From an uncultured Gemmatimonadaceae bacterium (GTDB taxonomy: Bacteria > Gemmatimonadota > Gemmatimonadetes > Gemmatimonadales > Gemmatimonadaceae), in assembly GCA_963829055.1 (NCBI GenBank), contig CAWHHI010000008.1, forward strand, positions 256,001 to 320,000: a stretch of DNA of 64,000 nt. Reading direction: 5' to 3'. The position numbers and the translations under genes were made by a program. Below are positions 31,023 through 41,610 of this stretch, piece after piece. The notes beneath the pieces are model-generated. The model was not told where the DNA came from and did no database searches. It saw nothing but the letters and a program-made list of their open reading frames with translations. Position 1 is the stretch's first letter; the number at the start of each line of letters is the position of its first letter.

Positions 31023-32828
31023 ATGCACATTCTGTTCGGCTATCTCAAACAATACTGGAAGCTGGTGCTGGTGGCTCTGCTATTGGCCACGATCAACCAG
31101 GTCTTCTCGCTGCTCGACCCGCTCATCTTCCGCCACATCATCGACAGCTACGCGACGCGCTACGCCGACTACACGACGAGCCAGTTCTTCCGCGGCGTGT
31201 CGCTGCTGCTGCTCGCGGCGGTCGGCGTGGCGTTCGTCTCGCGCGTCGCCAAGAACTTTCAGGACTACTGCGTCAACCTCGTCACGCAGCGCCTTGGCGC
31301 CCAGCTCTACTCCGACGGCATCCGCCACTCGCTCGCGCTGCCGTACTCCGTGTTCGAGGATCAGCGGAGCGGTGAGACGTTAGGCAAGCTGCAGAAGGCG
31401 CGCTCGGACTCCGAGCGGTTCGTCGCGGCGGCGGTCAACGTCGTGTTCACGACGATCGTCGGCGTGGTGTTCGTCATGATCTACGCGTGGAAAGTACACT
31501 GGTCGATAGCGCCCGCGTTCCTGCTGACGGTCCCCTTGCTCGGCGTCCTCAGCTCCGTGTTGAGCAAGCGCATCAAGGAGATTCAGAAGGTCATCGTCGC
31601 CGAGACGACCGCGCTCGCCGGCAGCACGACCGAGTCGCTTCGAAATATCGAGCTCGTGAAGAGCCTCGGGTTGGCCGAGCAGGAGGTGCAGCGGCTGAAC
31701 GGGACGACGCAGAAGATCCTGAAGCTCGAGCTCAAGAAGGTGCGCTACCTGCGGAGCCTCAGCTTCATCCAGGGCACCGCGGTCAACTTCCTGAGGACGT
31801 GCATCCTGTTTCTGATGCTCTACCTCATCTTCGACCGACAGATCACCGTCGGGCAGTTCTTCTCGCTGCTCATCTACTCGTTCTTCATCTTCGGTCCGCT
31901 CCAGGAGCTGGGGAACGTCATCAACATCTATCGCGAGACCGAAGCGTCGATGGCGAACTTCGAGGCCGTGCTCGCGATGCCGCTCGATCCCAAGCCCACG
32001 AATCCAGTCGCGGTAGATCGGCTCGAGGAGCTGGCGTTCGAGAACGTGAGCTTCTCGCACCGCACGGCGAGCGCCCCTGCCCTGCAGGACATCTCGTTCA
32101 CGGTGGACCGTGGCGACACGGTCGCATTCGTCGGTCCGTCAGGCTCGGGCAAGACCACGCTCGTGAAGCTGCTGGTTGGTCTCTATGCGCCGCAGGAGGG
32201 CAGAATCCTCTACAACGGCAACCCGAGCACGCGCGTGGACCTCGACCGCTTCCGTGAACGAATGGGACTCGTCACGCAGGACACGCAGCTGTTCTCGGGC
32301 TCCATTCGCGAGAACCTCGTGTTCGTTCGCCCGGATGCGACGGACGAGGAGTGTCTCGACGTGCTCCGGCGCGCCGCGGCGAGTGGGTTGCTCGCCCGCG
32401 CGGACCGCGGTCTCGACACGGTGATCGGAGAAGGTGGGGTGAAGGTCTCCGGCGGCGAGAAGCAGCGCCTGTCCATCGCGCGCGCATTGCTGCGTCGTCC
32501 GCAGCTGCTCGTGTTCGACGAGGCGACGTCGGCGCTCGACTCGCTGACGGAAGAAGAGATCACGCAGACGGTGCGAACAGTCTCGAGCGCGGAGGACGGC
32601 ATCACGATCCTGATCGCGCATCGCCTGTCGACGATCATGCACGCGGACAGGATCTACGTGCTCGAGCGCGGCCGCATCGTGGAATCAGGCGCGCACGATG
32701 AGCTGCTCGAGCAGCGCGGCCTTTACTACGCGATGTGGCGGCAGCAGGTGGGCGAGCGTCGCGAGCGCGCGCTGCCACCCACACCGTCAGCGGAACGTCG
32801 TCCGACGCTCGTGGCGAGCCACGGCTGA
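31023..32828 (+). CDS. ABC exporter, fused permease and ATPase
   Basis: TM domain, then GPSGSGKT, VSGGEKQR, DEATSALD, IAHRLST. Confidence 0.93.
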   Translation: MHILFGYLKQYWKLVLVALLLATINQVFSLLDPLIFRHIIDSYATRYADYTTSQFFRGVSLLLLAAVGVAFVSRVAKNFQDYCVNLVTQRLGAQLYSDGIRHSLALPYSVFEDQRSGETLGKLQKARSDSERFVAAAVNVVFTTIVGVVFVMIYAWKVHWSIAPAFLLTVPLLGVLSSVLSKRIKEIQKVIVAETTALAGSTTESLRNIELVKSLGLAEQEVQRLNGTTQKILKLELKKVRYLRSLSFIQGTAVNFLRTCILFLMLYLIFDRQITVGQFFSLLIYSFFIFGPLQELGNVINIYRETEASMANFEAVLAMPLDPKPTNPVAVDRLEELAFENVSFSHRTASAPALQDISFTVDRGDTVAFVGPSGSGKTTLVKLLVGLYAPQEGRILYNGNPSTRVDLDRFRERMGLVTQDTQLFSGSIRENLVFVRPDATDEECLDVLRRAAASGLLARADRGLDTVIGEGGVKVSGGEKQRLSIARALLRRPQLLVFDEATSALDSLTEEEITQTVRTVSSAEDGITILIAHRLSTIMHADRIYVLERGRIVESGAHDELLEQRGLYYAMWRQQVGERRERALPPTPSAERRPTLVASHG

Positions 32829-32849
32829 CGCCATAGTAGTGCGCGCACG

Positions 32850-33111
32850 TCCAACAGCGACGCAGAATCGCAGGCGCCGCTTTTGCGGCCGCAACGCAGA
32901 GGGACGCAGAAAACAGCCGCTCGGGACGCGCGCGTTGCGCCACGCCTTGAAAAGAATGAACGCCTCGGGACGCATTGGCCTACCCGAGGCCGCTCGCCAT
33001 TTGCACGGCCCGGCGGATGAGCGGGTGCGCTCCCGCCGGGTGATGCAGCTTTCTGCGTCCTTCTGCGTTGCGGCCGCAGCGTCCGCCTGCGTATTCTGCG
33101 TCGCTGTTGGA
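32850..33111. repeat. ~260-bp element with long imperfect terminal inverted repeats (MITE/REP-like)
   Basis: TCCAACAGCGACGCAGAAT..TGCGGCCGCAACGCAGA..GGACGCAGAAA mirrored by TTTCTGCGTCC..TCTGCGTTGCGGCCGCA..ATTCTGCGTCGCTGTTGGA. Confidence 0.8.
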
Positions 33112-33163
33112 TCTAGGAACCCAACGGTATTGCTGACGTGGCCTCTTCGGCCGCCATTCGCGA

Positions 33164-34324
33164 CTAGAAGCTCAGATGCGACGCCAACCGCTCCAGACTC
33201 GCGAGATCATGCGCCGGAGCGAAGACGTCCACGTGAGGCAGCGCCGCTTCCATGCCTCGGGTCAGCGGACGATACGTCGGGCTCCCGAGAAGCGGGTTGA
33301 GCCAGATCACGCGCCCCGCCTTCCTGCGGATCTCACGAAGCGCGGTGCTCAGGACCTCGGGATCGCCAGTATCCCAGCCATCGCTCAACACGATCACCGC
33401 CGTGCGTCGATCGAACAGCCGAGGCCAGCCGAGTCGCAGCGCCTCGAGGCTCTCGCCGATCTTCGTTCCGCCGGACCACCCACCATCGGGCACGGCGGCG
33501 AGCGCGTCGAGCGCCTCGCGATACGTGTCTCGCGACAACGACTCCGTGATGCGAACGAGTCGTGTGCTGAACGCGAACGTCTCGATACGCGCGAACGCGT
33601 GCTGTAACGCGTAGAGCACCTGCAGCAGGAACCGGCTGTAGAGGTCCATCGAGCCAGAGACGTCGCACGCAACGACCAGCTTCGTTCGCCGAACTTTGCG
33701 TTGCCGCCGGACGAGCCGGATGGGATCGCCGCCCGTCGCGAGTGCGAGACGGACAATGCGCCGCGGATCCAGGCGCCCGCGGTGACCCGCACTTCGCCAC
33801 CGCCGGCTGCGACGGGCACGGAGGCGCCTAACGATCCGGGCAATTGCGCCCGCCAGCGCATCGAGATCGTCACCGCCGTAGAGGCGAAAGTCCTTCGTCG
33901 CCGCGCCCTCCCGCACGCTCGGCGCCGCCAACGGAATCGTCTCCTCTCCTTCGGCGTCAGCCAGCGACGACGCCCAGCGGGTGAGCGCGGTACTTCCCGT
34001 CGCCGTCTTCGGCTCATCCGTCGGGGAGATGACGGGAGGGTTCGTCGCCGCGCCGCGCCTGCTTGGCACGGTCCCGTCGTGACTCGCGTCGCGTCGCCCC
34101 CACCAGGCCTCGAACAGCTCGTCGAACAAGTCGAGGTCCTGCCGGCGCGTCACGAAGAGCGTCCGGAGCGCCAGATACACGTCCATGCGATCCGTAGCGT
34201 CCACGGCAGCCAGGACGCGAACCGCCTCGATGGACGTCGCCGGCGTCGCGGCGATCCCACGTTCGCGCAGCAGCCGGCTGAACTGCGTGGCGAAGGTGAC
34301 GGGATCGACCGCCGCGGCCGTCAC
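33164..34324 (-). CDS. coxE: CoxE-like VWA domain protein
   Basis: MIDAS DVSGSM, WSGGTKIG, SDGWD, WLNPL; cox context. Confidence 0.88.
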   Translation of the reverse strand: MTAAAVDPVTFATQFSRLLRERGIAATPATSIEAVRVLAAVDATDRMDVYLALRTLFVTRRQDLDLFDELFEAWWGRRDASHDGTVPSRRGAATNPPVISPTDEPKTATGSTALTRWASSLADAEGEETIPLAAPSVREGAATKDFRLYGGDDLDALAGAIARIVRRLRARRSRRWRSAGHRGRLDPRRIVRLALATGGDPIRLVRRQRKVRRTKLVVACDVSGSMDLYSRFLLQVLYALQHAFARIETFAFSTRLVRITESLSRDTYREALDALAAVPDGGWSGGTKIGESLEALRLGWPRLFDRRTAVIVLSDGWDTGDPEVLSTALREIRRKAGRVIWLNPLLGSPTYRPLTRGMEAALPHVDVFAPAHDLASLERLASHLSF

Positions 34325-35217
34325 CCCGCGGTGCGCCCTGCCGCGACCATCGCGCTGGCGCCTCGGTCGCTGACCTCACGTCGAACCTGGCGGACGTCCG
34401 CTTCGTCCTTGAGCACGCAGCCTAACGTCTCGGACACGACGTCGTCATCCAGCGTGTTTGCCCCGATCACCACCAGCGCGCGCGCCCAATCGATCGTCTC
34501 GGCCACGCCTGGCGTCTTCACGAGACGCTGGCGTCGAACGGCCTGCACGAACGCCGCGACATCGGCGGCGAGCTGCTGGTCGATCACCGGAACCTTGGCG
34601 CGAACGATCTCGATCTCCTTCGACAGCGACGGATAGTCGATCCACAGGTAGAGACACCGGCGGCGCAGCGCCTCGGACAGCTCGCGCGTCCGGTTCGACG
34701 TCAGCACCGTACATGGCTCGTTCGTCGCGCGGATCGTCCCGATCTCGGGGATCGTCACCTGATGTTCCGACAGCACCTCCAGCAGGAACGCCTCGAACTC
34801 CTCGTCGCTGCGATCGACCTCGTCGATGAGCAGCACCGTCGTCTGCGTGGCGCGGATGGCGCGAAGCAACGGTCGCTCGAGCAGAAACGCCTCGCTGAAG
34901 ATCTGCGCCTCGCGCTCGCCGACCGATTGCCCGGAGCCTTCCCCCAGCTTGATGTGCAGGAGTTGCTTGGCGTAGTTCCACTCGTAGAGCGCCGTCGCGA
35001 CGTCGAGTCCCTCGTAGCACTGCAGCCGGATGAGGTCCGTTGCGAGCACGCGCGCGAGAACCTTCGCCACCTCGGTCTTGCCAACGCCCGGCGGACCTTC
35101 GATGAGCAGCGGCTTGTGGAGCGTCATGGCGAGGTACGCCGACGTCGCTGTCGCGCGATCGGTGACGTACCCCTGCTCTGCCATCGCTTGCTGAACGCGC
35201 GCGATCTCTTCCTTCAC
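34321..35217 (-). CDS. coxD: CoxD/MoxR-type AAA+ ATPase
   Basis: EGPPGVGKT, RLQCYEGLD, LLIDEVDRSDEEFEAFLLE, ALRRRC. Confidence 0.9.
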   Translation of the reverse strand: MKEEIARVQQAMAEQGYVTDRATATSAYLAMTLHKPLLIEGPPGVGKTEVAKVLARVLATDLIRLQCYEGLDVATALYEWNYAKQLLHIKLGEGSGQSVGEREAQIFSEAFLLERPLLRAIRATQTTVLLIDEVDRSDEEFEAFLLEVLSEHQVTIPEIGTIRATNEPCTVLTSNRTRELSEALRRRCLYLWIDYPSLSKEIEIVRAKVPVIDQQLAADVAAFVQAVRRQRLVKTPGVAETIDWARALVVIGANTLDDDVVSETLGCVLKDEADVRQVRREVSDRGASAMVAAGRTAG

Positions 35218-36242
35218 GTCGCCTGTCCCGCCTGACGACGCAGGTAGGTCGCCTTGCATCCGGGGCAGCAGAAGTAGACGGTGCGCTCGCCTTCGACGAT
35301 CGTGTGGCGAGCGGTCGTCGTGTCCACTGGCATGCCACACACCGGGTCGACCGCCATTGCCGGTACAGCGGTGCGAGGACCGGTGCGCCTCGCGAGCGGC
35401 GTCGGCACGTCCACCGAGTGCGGAGCAGCAGTCACCGCCTGCGTGGCGTTAGGCTTCCGGTACCGCCGCTGCACGATCTCCGCCAGCACGCTGAGGGCTA
35501 TCTCCGAGGCGCTCATGCCGCCGAGGTCGAGTCCGGCCGGAAATTTCACGCGCGCGAGTCGATCGGCACCGATCCCCGTCGCCGCGACGTAGTCGATGAG
35601 GTAATGCGCCTTCTTGCGACTGGCGACCAGTCCTATGTACGCCGCGTCGCTCGCCGCCGCCGCCGCGAGCGCCTCTTCGTCGCCGGCACCCATCGTTCCC
35701 ACGACGACGAACGTGGAGTCATCGGCACGAGCAACGGCCGCGGTGATGTCAGACGTTAGGCGTATGCCCGGGGGAAACAGGTCCGCCGGCAGCGCAGCGG
35801 AACCGACGACGACCTCGAACCCGAGCTCGGCGCCTTGCCTCGCGAGGGACTGCACCACCGGTGTATGCCCGAGCAGCACGAGGCGCGGCGCCGCGAGCAC
35901 CGGCTCCAGGTAGATCTCGATGCCCCCTTCACCCTGGCAGGTCATGGGATACTCGCGCACGTCGCCATGGCGGGTCGGGTCGGTATTGGCGGGCCCCGCG
36001 CCGGCATTCATGCGAACGAGCCGAGGCCGTCCGTCGGCGAGCGCGTCGGCCGCTTCCTGCCTGACGACTGGCTGCACACACCCACCGCCAACCCACCCGT
36101 CGATGGCCCCGTCCGCCCGCACGATCGCCTTCGCACCCGGCCGCACACTCTGCGGTGGGTAGCTCGCGACGACGGTCGCCATGACGAATGGCGTCCGGTC
36201 GGCGCGAAGCTGAGCAGCGGTCGTGAAGATATCGTTGGTCAT
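35214..36242 (-). CDS. XdhC/CoxF-CoxI-like molybdoenzyme maturation factor with C-terminal YHS domain
   Basis: GWVGGGC, MTCQGEG, YIGLVAS, PAGLDLG, EIALSVLAEI; tail DPVCGM..YFCCPGC. Confidence 0.87.
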   Translation of the reverse strand: MTNDIFTTAAQLRADRTPFVMATVVASYPPQSVRPGAKAIVRADGAIDGWVGGGCVQPVVRQEAADALADGRPRLVRMNAGAGPANTDPTRHGDVREYPMTCQGEGGIEIYLEPVLAAPRLVLLGHTPVVQSLARQGAELGFEVVVGSAALPADLFPPGIRLTSDITAAVARADDSTFVVVGTMGAGDEEALAAAAASDAAYIGLVASRKKAHYLIDYVAATGIGADRLARVKFPAGLDLGGMSASEIALSVLAEIVQRRYRKPNATQAVTAAPHSVDVPTPLARRTGPRTAVPAMAVDPVCGMPVDTTTARHTIVEGERTVYFCCPGCKATYLRRQAGQAT

Positions 36243-36548
36243 CGGATGACAGCGGGGACTGGGGACTGGGGACTGGGGACTGGGTCGTTCAGGCGAGCAG
36301 CGAGCAGCGCGTGGTGTGCCGGGCGGTATTAGCAGCAGCGGGCAGCGTGCGGCCGCAGCATGCAGCCGTCGGCAGATGTGCCCAGCGTGCAGCTCAGTCC
36401 CCAGTCCCCAGTCCCGATGTCCTATCCTGTCCCTCTCTTCTCTCCAAGAATCTGCCACACCTCGAACGGCGTGATGGGAATGTAGATGCACCTGACCCCC
36501 GGATGCCACGGGGCGTCCACTACCGCGTCCGCGATCCCCGGCGGTGCG
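36201..36548. repeat. Left copy of the direct duplication flanking the cytochrome insert (xdhC 5' end + intergenic + decayed coxL 3' end)
   Basis: Matches 45169..45578; contains (GGGGACT)4 at 36254 and (AGTCCCC)-type array at 36395-36415. Confidence 0.9.
36422..36548 (-). pseudogene. Decayed duplicate of the coxL 3' end
   Basis: APPGIADAVVDAPWHPGVRCIYIPITPFEVWQILGEKRGTG* versus CoxL [41 protein letters not shown]. Confidence 0.85.
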
Positions 36549-36571
36549 ATACGGTACGTGATGTCACCACG

Positions 36572-38098
36572 TCACCGGCCTTTCGGAATCGAATTGCCGT
36601 GACACGCGGTGCACAGCGATGGATTCTTCGCCCGCATCCGATCGGCGTTGAACCCCGGCCCGTGAGGGCTGAATCTGAACCCGCCGTTCACGGCCGAATG
36701 GCACGCCGTGCAGTCGCGCTCCGCATGGCAGGCCACGCACGACTCCAGACTCTGCCGCGCCGCCTGGCCGTGGCCGAGGCTGAAGTTGCGATAGGCGTCG
36801 TGATAGCCAGCCTGGCCGAGTCGCGAAGTAGCGACGAGACCTGACTTTTGGTGACAGGCCTGGCAGAACTGCGCCGCGTTGTGGCAGTCGCTGCAGTTCG
36901 CCTCGCGAGCGTACGCGGAGCTCGGGTGCCGCGTGAGAAACTGCGGAGGATGGTAGCCGACCTGTCGCGTGACGTCGGGGCGATGACAGTCGAGACATGT
37001 CGAGCGCACGTGGCAGGTCTCGCACGAGGACGGACGTGAATTTGCGGCTGACCCGTGCCGTTCCTTGAACTCGGGCGTGTGGTTCGCCGGCGGCACTCGC
37101 GCGAGCTGCACTCCTACCCCACGGCCCGGACCGGCGACTGGCATGGCATTCACAACGCGGGTCTGCACCCCGATGTGGCAGCTCACGCAGCTCTCACGGG
37201 CGTGGCACGTGACGCAGTTCGCACCGGTGCGCTGCGCGTCCTTCCCATGCGCGCGGATGAAGTTGGCGGATTCGTGACTTGGCGGCGCTGGCAGCGATGA
37301 CGTGTAGGCAGGCGACCGATCATCCATCGCGAGCGCGCGAATCACGGGCGATTCGGGCGCGTTGACGTGGCAGGTAATGCAGAAGTTCTGCGCGTGGCAG
37401 GTGGCGCAGCTGGCCGAGACCGCCATCGGTCCGGAGGTGGCTGATCCTTTCGCGGCTCTGCCGTGGCCTCCGGTCAGGAAGTCGGCCGCGTCGTGGGACC
37501 GTGGCTTCGGGAACAGCGCGATGTCCTCACGCGTTAGGCTCCGTGCAGCCGTAACGGGCACGTGACAGGTCGCGCACGCCTCGCTCGGGACGTCCACGTG
37601 AGGCCCCCTGAATCCGTGACAGCTCACGCATTGATTCACGACCGCGCGCGTGACCTCCATGCGCGGCGCGCCGCGCTCGTTATGACAGGCGGCGCAATTC
37701 CCGTTGAGCGTACTGTCGGCAGGATTCTTCGCCGTTGCGGCGCGGGCGTGCGCCTCGTGCGTGAACCGGAGGTTGCGCGTTGGCAGGCCGGCGGTGCGAG
37801 GCTGCCAGGTCACGCGCTGCTGGATGACACCATCGTGGCACGACGCGCACCCCGATGGATTCGGCAATATCGGCTGGCCCGCCTGCGTGACTCCCGCATG
37901 GCACGTTGCGCAGAGCGGAAAGAGCCGAGCGTGTCTCGAGTGCTGGAAGCGGTCCTCGCGTGCCGCGCTGGCACGAACCGCCGGCGGCAGGACACGTGCA
38001 GCGACCGCGTCCACACCCCACGTTGCCACCCCGAGCGCGACGGCGCCGAGCGCACCGACGGCGAGCAGCGTACCGACGACGTGGCGACGTGCGGTCAT
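36572..38098 (-). CDS. Periplasmic multiheme cytochrome c (16 CxxCH)
   Basis: Signal/TM N-terminus; 16 CxxCH motifs counted, many in paired CxxCH-x4-CxxCH arrangement. Confidence 0.9.
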   Translation of the reverse strand: MTARRHVVGTLLAVGALGAVALGVATWGVDAVAARVLPPAVRASAAREDRFQHSRHARLFPLCATCHAGVTQAGQPILPNPSGCASCHDGVIQQRVTWQPRTAGLPTRNLRFTHEAHARAATAKNPADSTLNGNCAACHNERGAPRMEVTRAVVNQCVSCHGFRGPHVDVPSEACATCHVPVTAARSLTREDIALFPKPRSHDAADFLTGGHGRAAKGSATSGPMAVSASCATCHAQNFCITCHVNAPESPVIRALAMDDRSPAYTSSLPAPPSHESANFIRAHGKDAQRTGANCVTCHARESCVSCHIGVQTRVVNAMPVAGPGRGVGVQLARVPPANHTPEFKERHGSAANSRPSSCETCHVRSTCLDCHRPDVTRQVGYHPPQFLTRHPSSAYAREANCSDCHNAAQFCQACHQKSGLVATSRLGQAGYHDAYRNFSLGHGQAARQSLESCVACHAERDCTACHSAVNGGFRFSPHGPGFNADRMRAKNPSLCTACHGNSIPKGR

Positions 38099-39576
38099 CG
38101 CCGCGTCGGTCGTGCGGGAGGCAACGCCAGCCGGTCCGCGCCGGAGCCGAACGACGCACTCACCCCGGTGCGGATGCGAAACTGCGACAACGATGACGCG
38201 CTGGCATCGGGTCGATCGCGCTCATCATTGACGAGTGTGACGTCAGCCCAGAGGCGGTACTCGGTACCGAACTGGCGCTCGCCGCGGGCGCCGATCCACA
38301 GACTGCTGGCGTCGTAGAAGCGCAGCTCGAGCGGCCGGTCCAGGGCCCCGCCGTGGACGTCGAACGAGTACGCGGCGTTAGGCGCCCAGCGCACGGCAGC
38401 GTCGGCGAACCGGGCGGAGGCGCCGGGCCCGTGCTCGAATCCGAGGTTGCCGTCGACGCTCCAGCGCGGATTCAGCGTGGCGGTCCCACCGCCGCTCGTC
38501 CGCCAGCCGCGATCCTCGAGGTCCGGGACGAGCGCCGTCGAGACGCCGGCGTCCTCGTACCGGTATGCTTCGCCGCGAGCATGCAGCGTCAGGCGGTCGG
38601 TCGCGCGAACGTCGGCCGACGCATTCACCGCGTTGTACGGCACCGGGCTGAACGCGCTCCACAGCGACCACAGACTGAAATAGGGCCGGTAGCGCCGCGC
38701 TCCACCGGTGACCGACAACCGCGGGCGCGTGTACGTGACTGTGACGTCCGCGCTCCCCACGGCGCCTTCGGCAATGTTGTAGTCGGCGCTGCCGGCGACA
38801 TGAAACGACGCGAGCTGTGCGCCGAGCGAGATGACCGTGCGCTCCGAGACGATGTTGTTGTCCCGCGGGTCGATTTCCCGGCGGTACTCCGCGCGGGTGT
38901 CGATGTCGCTGGAGTGCCACCCGGCTTCGACGCCCGCCACGATCTGCCGATCGGCAGGGCGCCACTCATCCAGCGGATTCAACGCGGGACTGTACACCGG
39001 AACGACGGCCGCCCGACCCAGGCCCCACCCGGCGTAGCCGCCAAACTCGATCGATGCATCGCGCCAGCGGCCCTCGACCGATGCACCGTCGAATCCGAGC
39101 GGCTCGAGACGCGACGCCAGAAGCAGACGCCCGCCTCGGGCGATGAGCGACGGACGCCGGTACTCGACGAAGCCCTCGATCAGCTGCCCGGTCGGTTCGG
39201 TCGCGGGCCATGCGTCGTCCGGGCCCAGATCCGCGACCAGTCGGCCAGTCGCATGGATCGTGAGACCGGGGACACGCAGTCCCCAGAGGATCACGCTGCC
39301 GCTGGTCGACACGGGCACGCCACGGAGCTCGTCACCCGGCCTCGTGTAATAGCAGTAGGCGCTGTCGCTGCAGCGCACCGCGTGACCATCGGGCGTCTGG
39401 AACCCGCCGCTCGGGGATGGCACTACGGCCGTGGCCAGAATGCTGTCGGCGATGAGGCCGCGGTACGACACGGCCTGCCCTCGCGCGTCGAGGCGCACGC
39501 GGTAGTTCTGCGCGCCTAACGAACCGGCCCACACCGCGAGGATGCTCGCGGCGATCCACGCGCGACGCCGCCTCAT
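38095..39576 (-). CDS. Putative outer-membrane beta-barrel (porin of a porin-cytochrome complex)
   Basis: Signal peptide; alternating amphipathic beta strands rich in Y/W/G/R; lies between multiheme genes; C-terminal strand IRTGVSASF. Confidence 0.65.
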   Translation of the reverse strand: MRRRRAWIAASILAVWAGSLGAQNYRVRLDARGQAVSYRGLIADSILATAVVPSPSGGFQTPDGHAVRCSDSAYCYYTRPGDELRGVPVSTSGSVILWGLRVPGLTIHATGRLVADLGPDDAWPATEPTGQLIEGFVEYRRPSLIARGGRLLLASRLEPLGFDGASVEGRWRDASIEFGGYAGWGLGRAAVVPVYSPALNPLDEWRPADRQIVAGVEAGWHSSDIDTRAEYRREIDPRDNNIVSERTVISLGAQLASFHVAGSADYNIAEGAVGSADVTVTYTRPRLSVTGGARRYRPYFSLWSLWSAFSPVPYNAVNASADVRATDRLTLHARGEAYRYEDAGVSTALVPDLEDRGWRTSGGGTATLNPRWSVDGNLGFEHGPGASARFADAAVRWAPNAAYSFDVHGGALDRPLELRFYDASSLWIGARGERQFGTEYRLWADVTLVNDERDRPDASASSLSQFRIRTGVSASFGSGADRLALPPARPTRR

Positions 39577-41590
39577 CCTGAGGACTTGGTGAGCTTCGCC
39601 CGATACGCGCCTGGCTCAGTGAGAAAATGACAGGTGCTGCATTCCTGCTGCGGGTAGTGGTTCGCGGCCTTGGCCGAGTGGCACGTGCTGCAAAACGTTC
39701 TGGTGGGCGTGAGCTGCGCGACGGTTGCGGCCGCGTGGCAGGCGTCGCATCGCTGGTGCGCCACCTCGAGCGTCGCGTGGGCGGCTTTCGGGTCGGCGAG
39801 TGTATGGCATCCCGAACACGCGCGGCCGGCCGCGTGATGATCGCTGTGACAATCCTTGCACTGGGCAGTGGCCGGTGACGGCGCGAGCGTGACCGGCGTG
39901 GTGTGACACGCGGTGCACGTTCGCATGGAATGAGTGGCGTGCGAGAATTCCACAGGGCGCGGCGCGGCCTTGTGACCCGGGACGGTGACCGTCAGCGAGG
40001 CCGCGATGGGGGCGGCGAGCTCGTTAGGCTTGTGACACGAAGGGCACCGGGCCGCCGTGGGCTGCTGATGGTGGCAGATGGTGCACCCACGCGGCGGCTC
40101 GAACGTCAGGTGGCTCCGGGTCGACGTCGTCTGATGACAGACGAGGCACGCGATCTTTGCGTGCCTCGCGTGGGCAAACGTGTCGGCCTTGACGGGTGGT
40201 GGCCGTAACGGTGGAGCAATCCCTGGCGGGTCGTCGGCGATGCCTGGCGGGGGGCTCGTCGGCCGAGGGCCCGCTGGTCCGCGGCCGCGCGAGGAACGAC
40301 TCGATGGCCTGACGTACCACGGGCGGCGTCGGCGCGGCGCTCGTGCGGCGGAGTGCCCTGGTCGTATCGAAGGGCACCGGTGGCCGCACGTTCCCGCGAG
40401 ACCGGGCATTCGCGTGGCATCCCGTGCAGTCGCTCGCGTCGACCTTCGCCTGGTGCGGGGTGTGACACGTTAGGCATTGCGTCGGCTGCGAGGCGACCTT
40501 CTTGTGCGCGGCGCCGGCGTGGAACGGGTTGTCGCGCCAGCTGCCGTGACACGCGGCCGTCGTGCAGGTCTTGGCGGCCGCCGCTGTCGTCTCCTGCGTG
40601 TGCGGGTTGTGACACGTGCCGCACTTCCCACCGTGCGGGTCCTTGGCCGGGTCGAAATCCGGGAGCGCCTTCTTCATGTCGTGGCACCCGAAACACTGCG
40701 GCCCGCCCGGGACGAGCGTTCCGCGCGCCGAATCGCGCGTCGCGAGCGCGGGGACCTGAGCGGTGAAGTGCGTGACACACGGTGCAATGACGGATCGTCT
40801 GGTCGCGCATCTTGTCGAGCACGATCTTCGTGTCGTTCGCCTTGTGACACCCACTCTGGCCGCAGGTCGCGCGAGCGGGCTGGAAGCGGTGCACCTCCAC
40901 GCCGTGGCACGTCACGCATTTGACGTCCTTGAGCGCGCTCGAATCGGACTCGAGGTGGACGCGGTGCCCCGCCGTCGCCCGGATGCGCTGCCAGTTGGCG
41001 GTGTCCCCGGTGACGTGACACGTCTCGCAGACGCGATTCTCCACGGTCGCGTGCACGCCGATCTTGTCCGGCCGCTCCAGGAGCCAGAAGTAGAGCTGCC
41101 ACGCACTGGCGAACACCGACTGCGTGTGGCACGAGTGGCACGACAGCTCACCGTGCTTGTTCTCCGCGCTCGCGAACTTCGAGTACGCCGGGTGCATCAC
41201 GTGACACGACGTGCAGAAGTCGTTCGAGTGCTGCGTGTAGTTCCAGGTGGCGGTTCCCATGCCGACCGTCGCCACGAGCAGCACGGCCGCCCCGGCAACC
41301 AGCGCCACCGTCACGCCTCGGCTGCGTGACCTGAGCCAGGCGATGATGGCCGCGCGGTGCCTAACGAGGTACCAGACGACCACCACCGGCGACGATAGCC
41401 GCGACCACGAGCCCCGCCAGTTGCACCCACTGCGGAACCGTGGACAACAGGAACCGGGTGACCGCGGCAACGCCGCCGGGCAGCGGCGACTTGACGATGA
41501 CCGAATCCGGCGGTTGCACCGGCGTCGCTTGCTGCAACGCCGCCACCCAGAAGCGAATCGGGATGGCGGCGCTCGCGTGCAGTCCGGTCA
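39573..41590 (-). CDS. NapC/NirT-anchored large multiheme cytochrome (~20 heme motifs; frameshifted)
   Basis: TM helices, then NDFCTSCHVM, SCHSCH (NapC/NirT-like); 18 CxxCH + 2 CX4CH across ORFs 40106..41470, 40024..40854 and 39573..40409. Confidence 0.8.
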
Positions 41591-41610
41591 CGAGGCGCGG
41601 CGTGAGTGGT

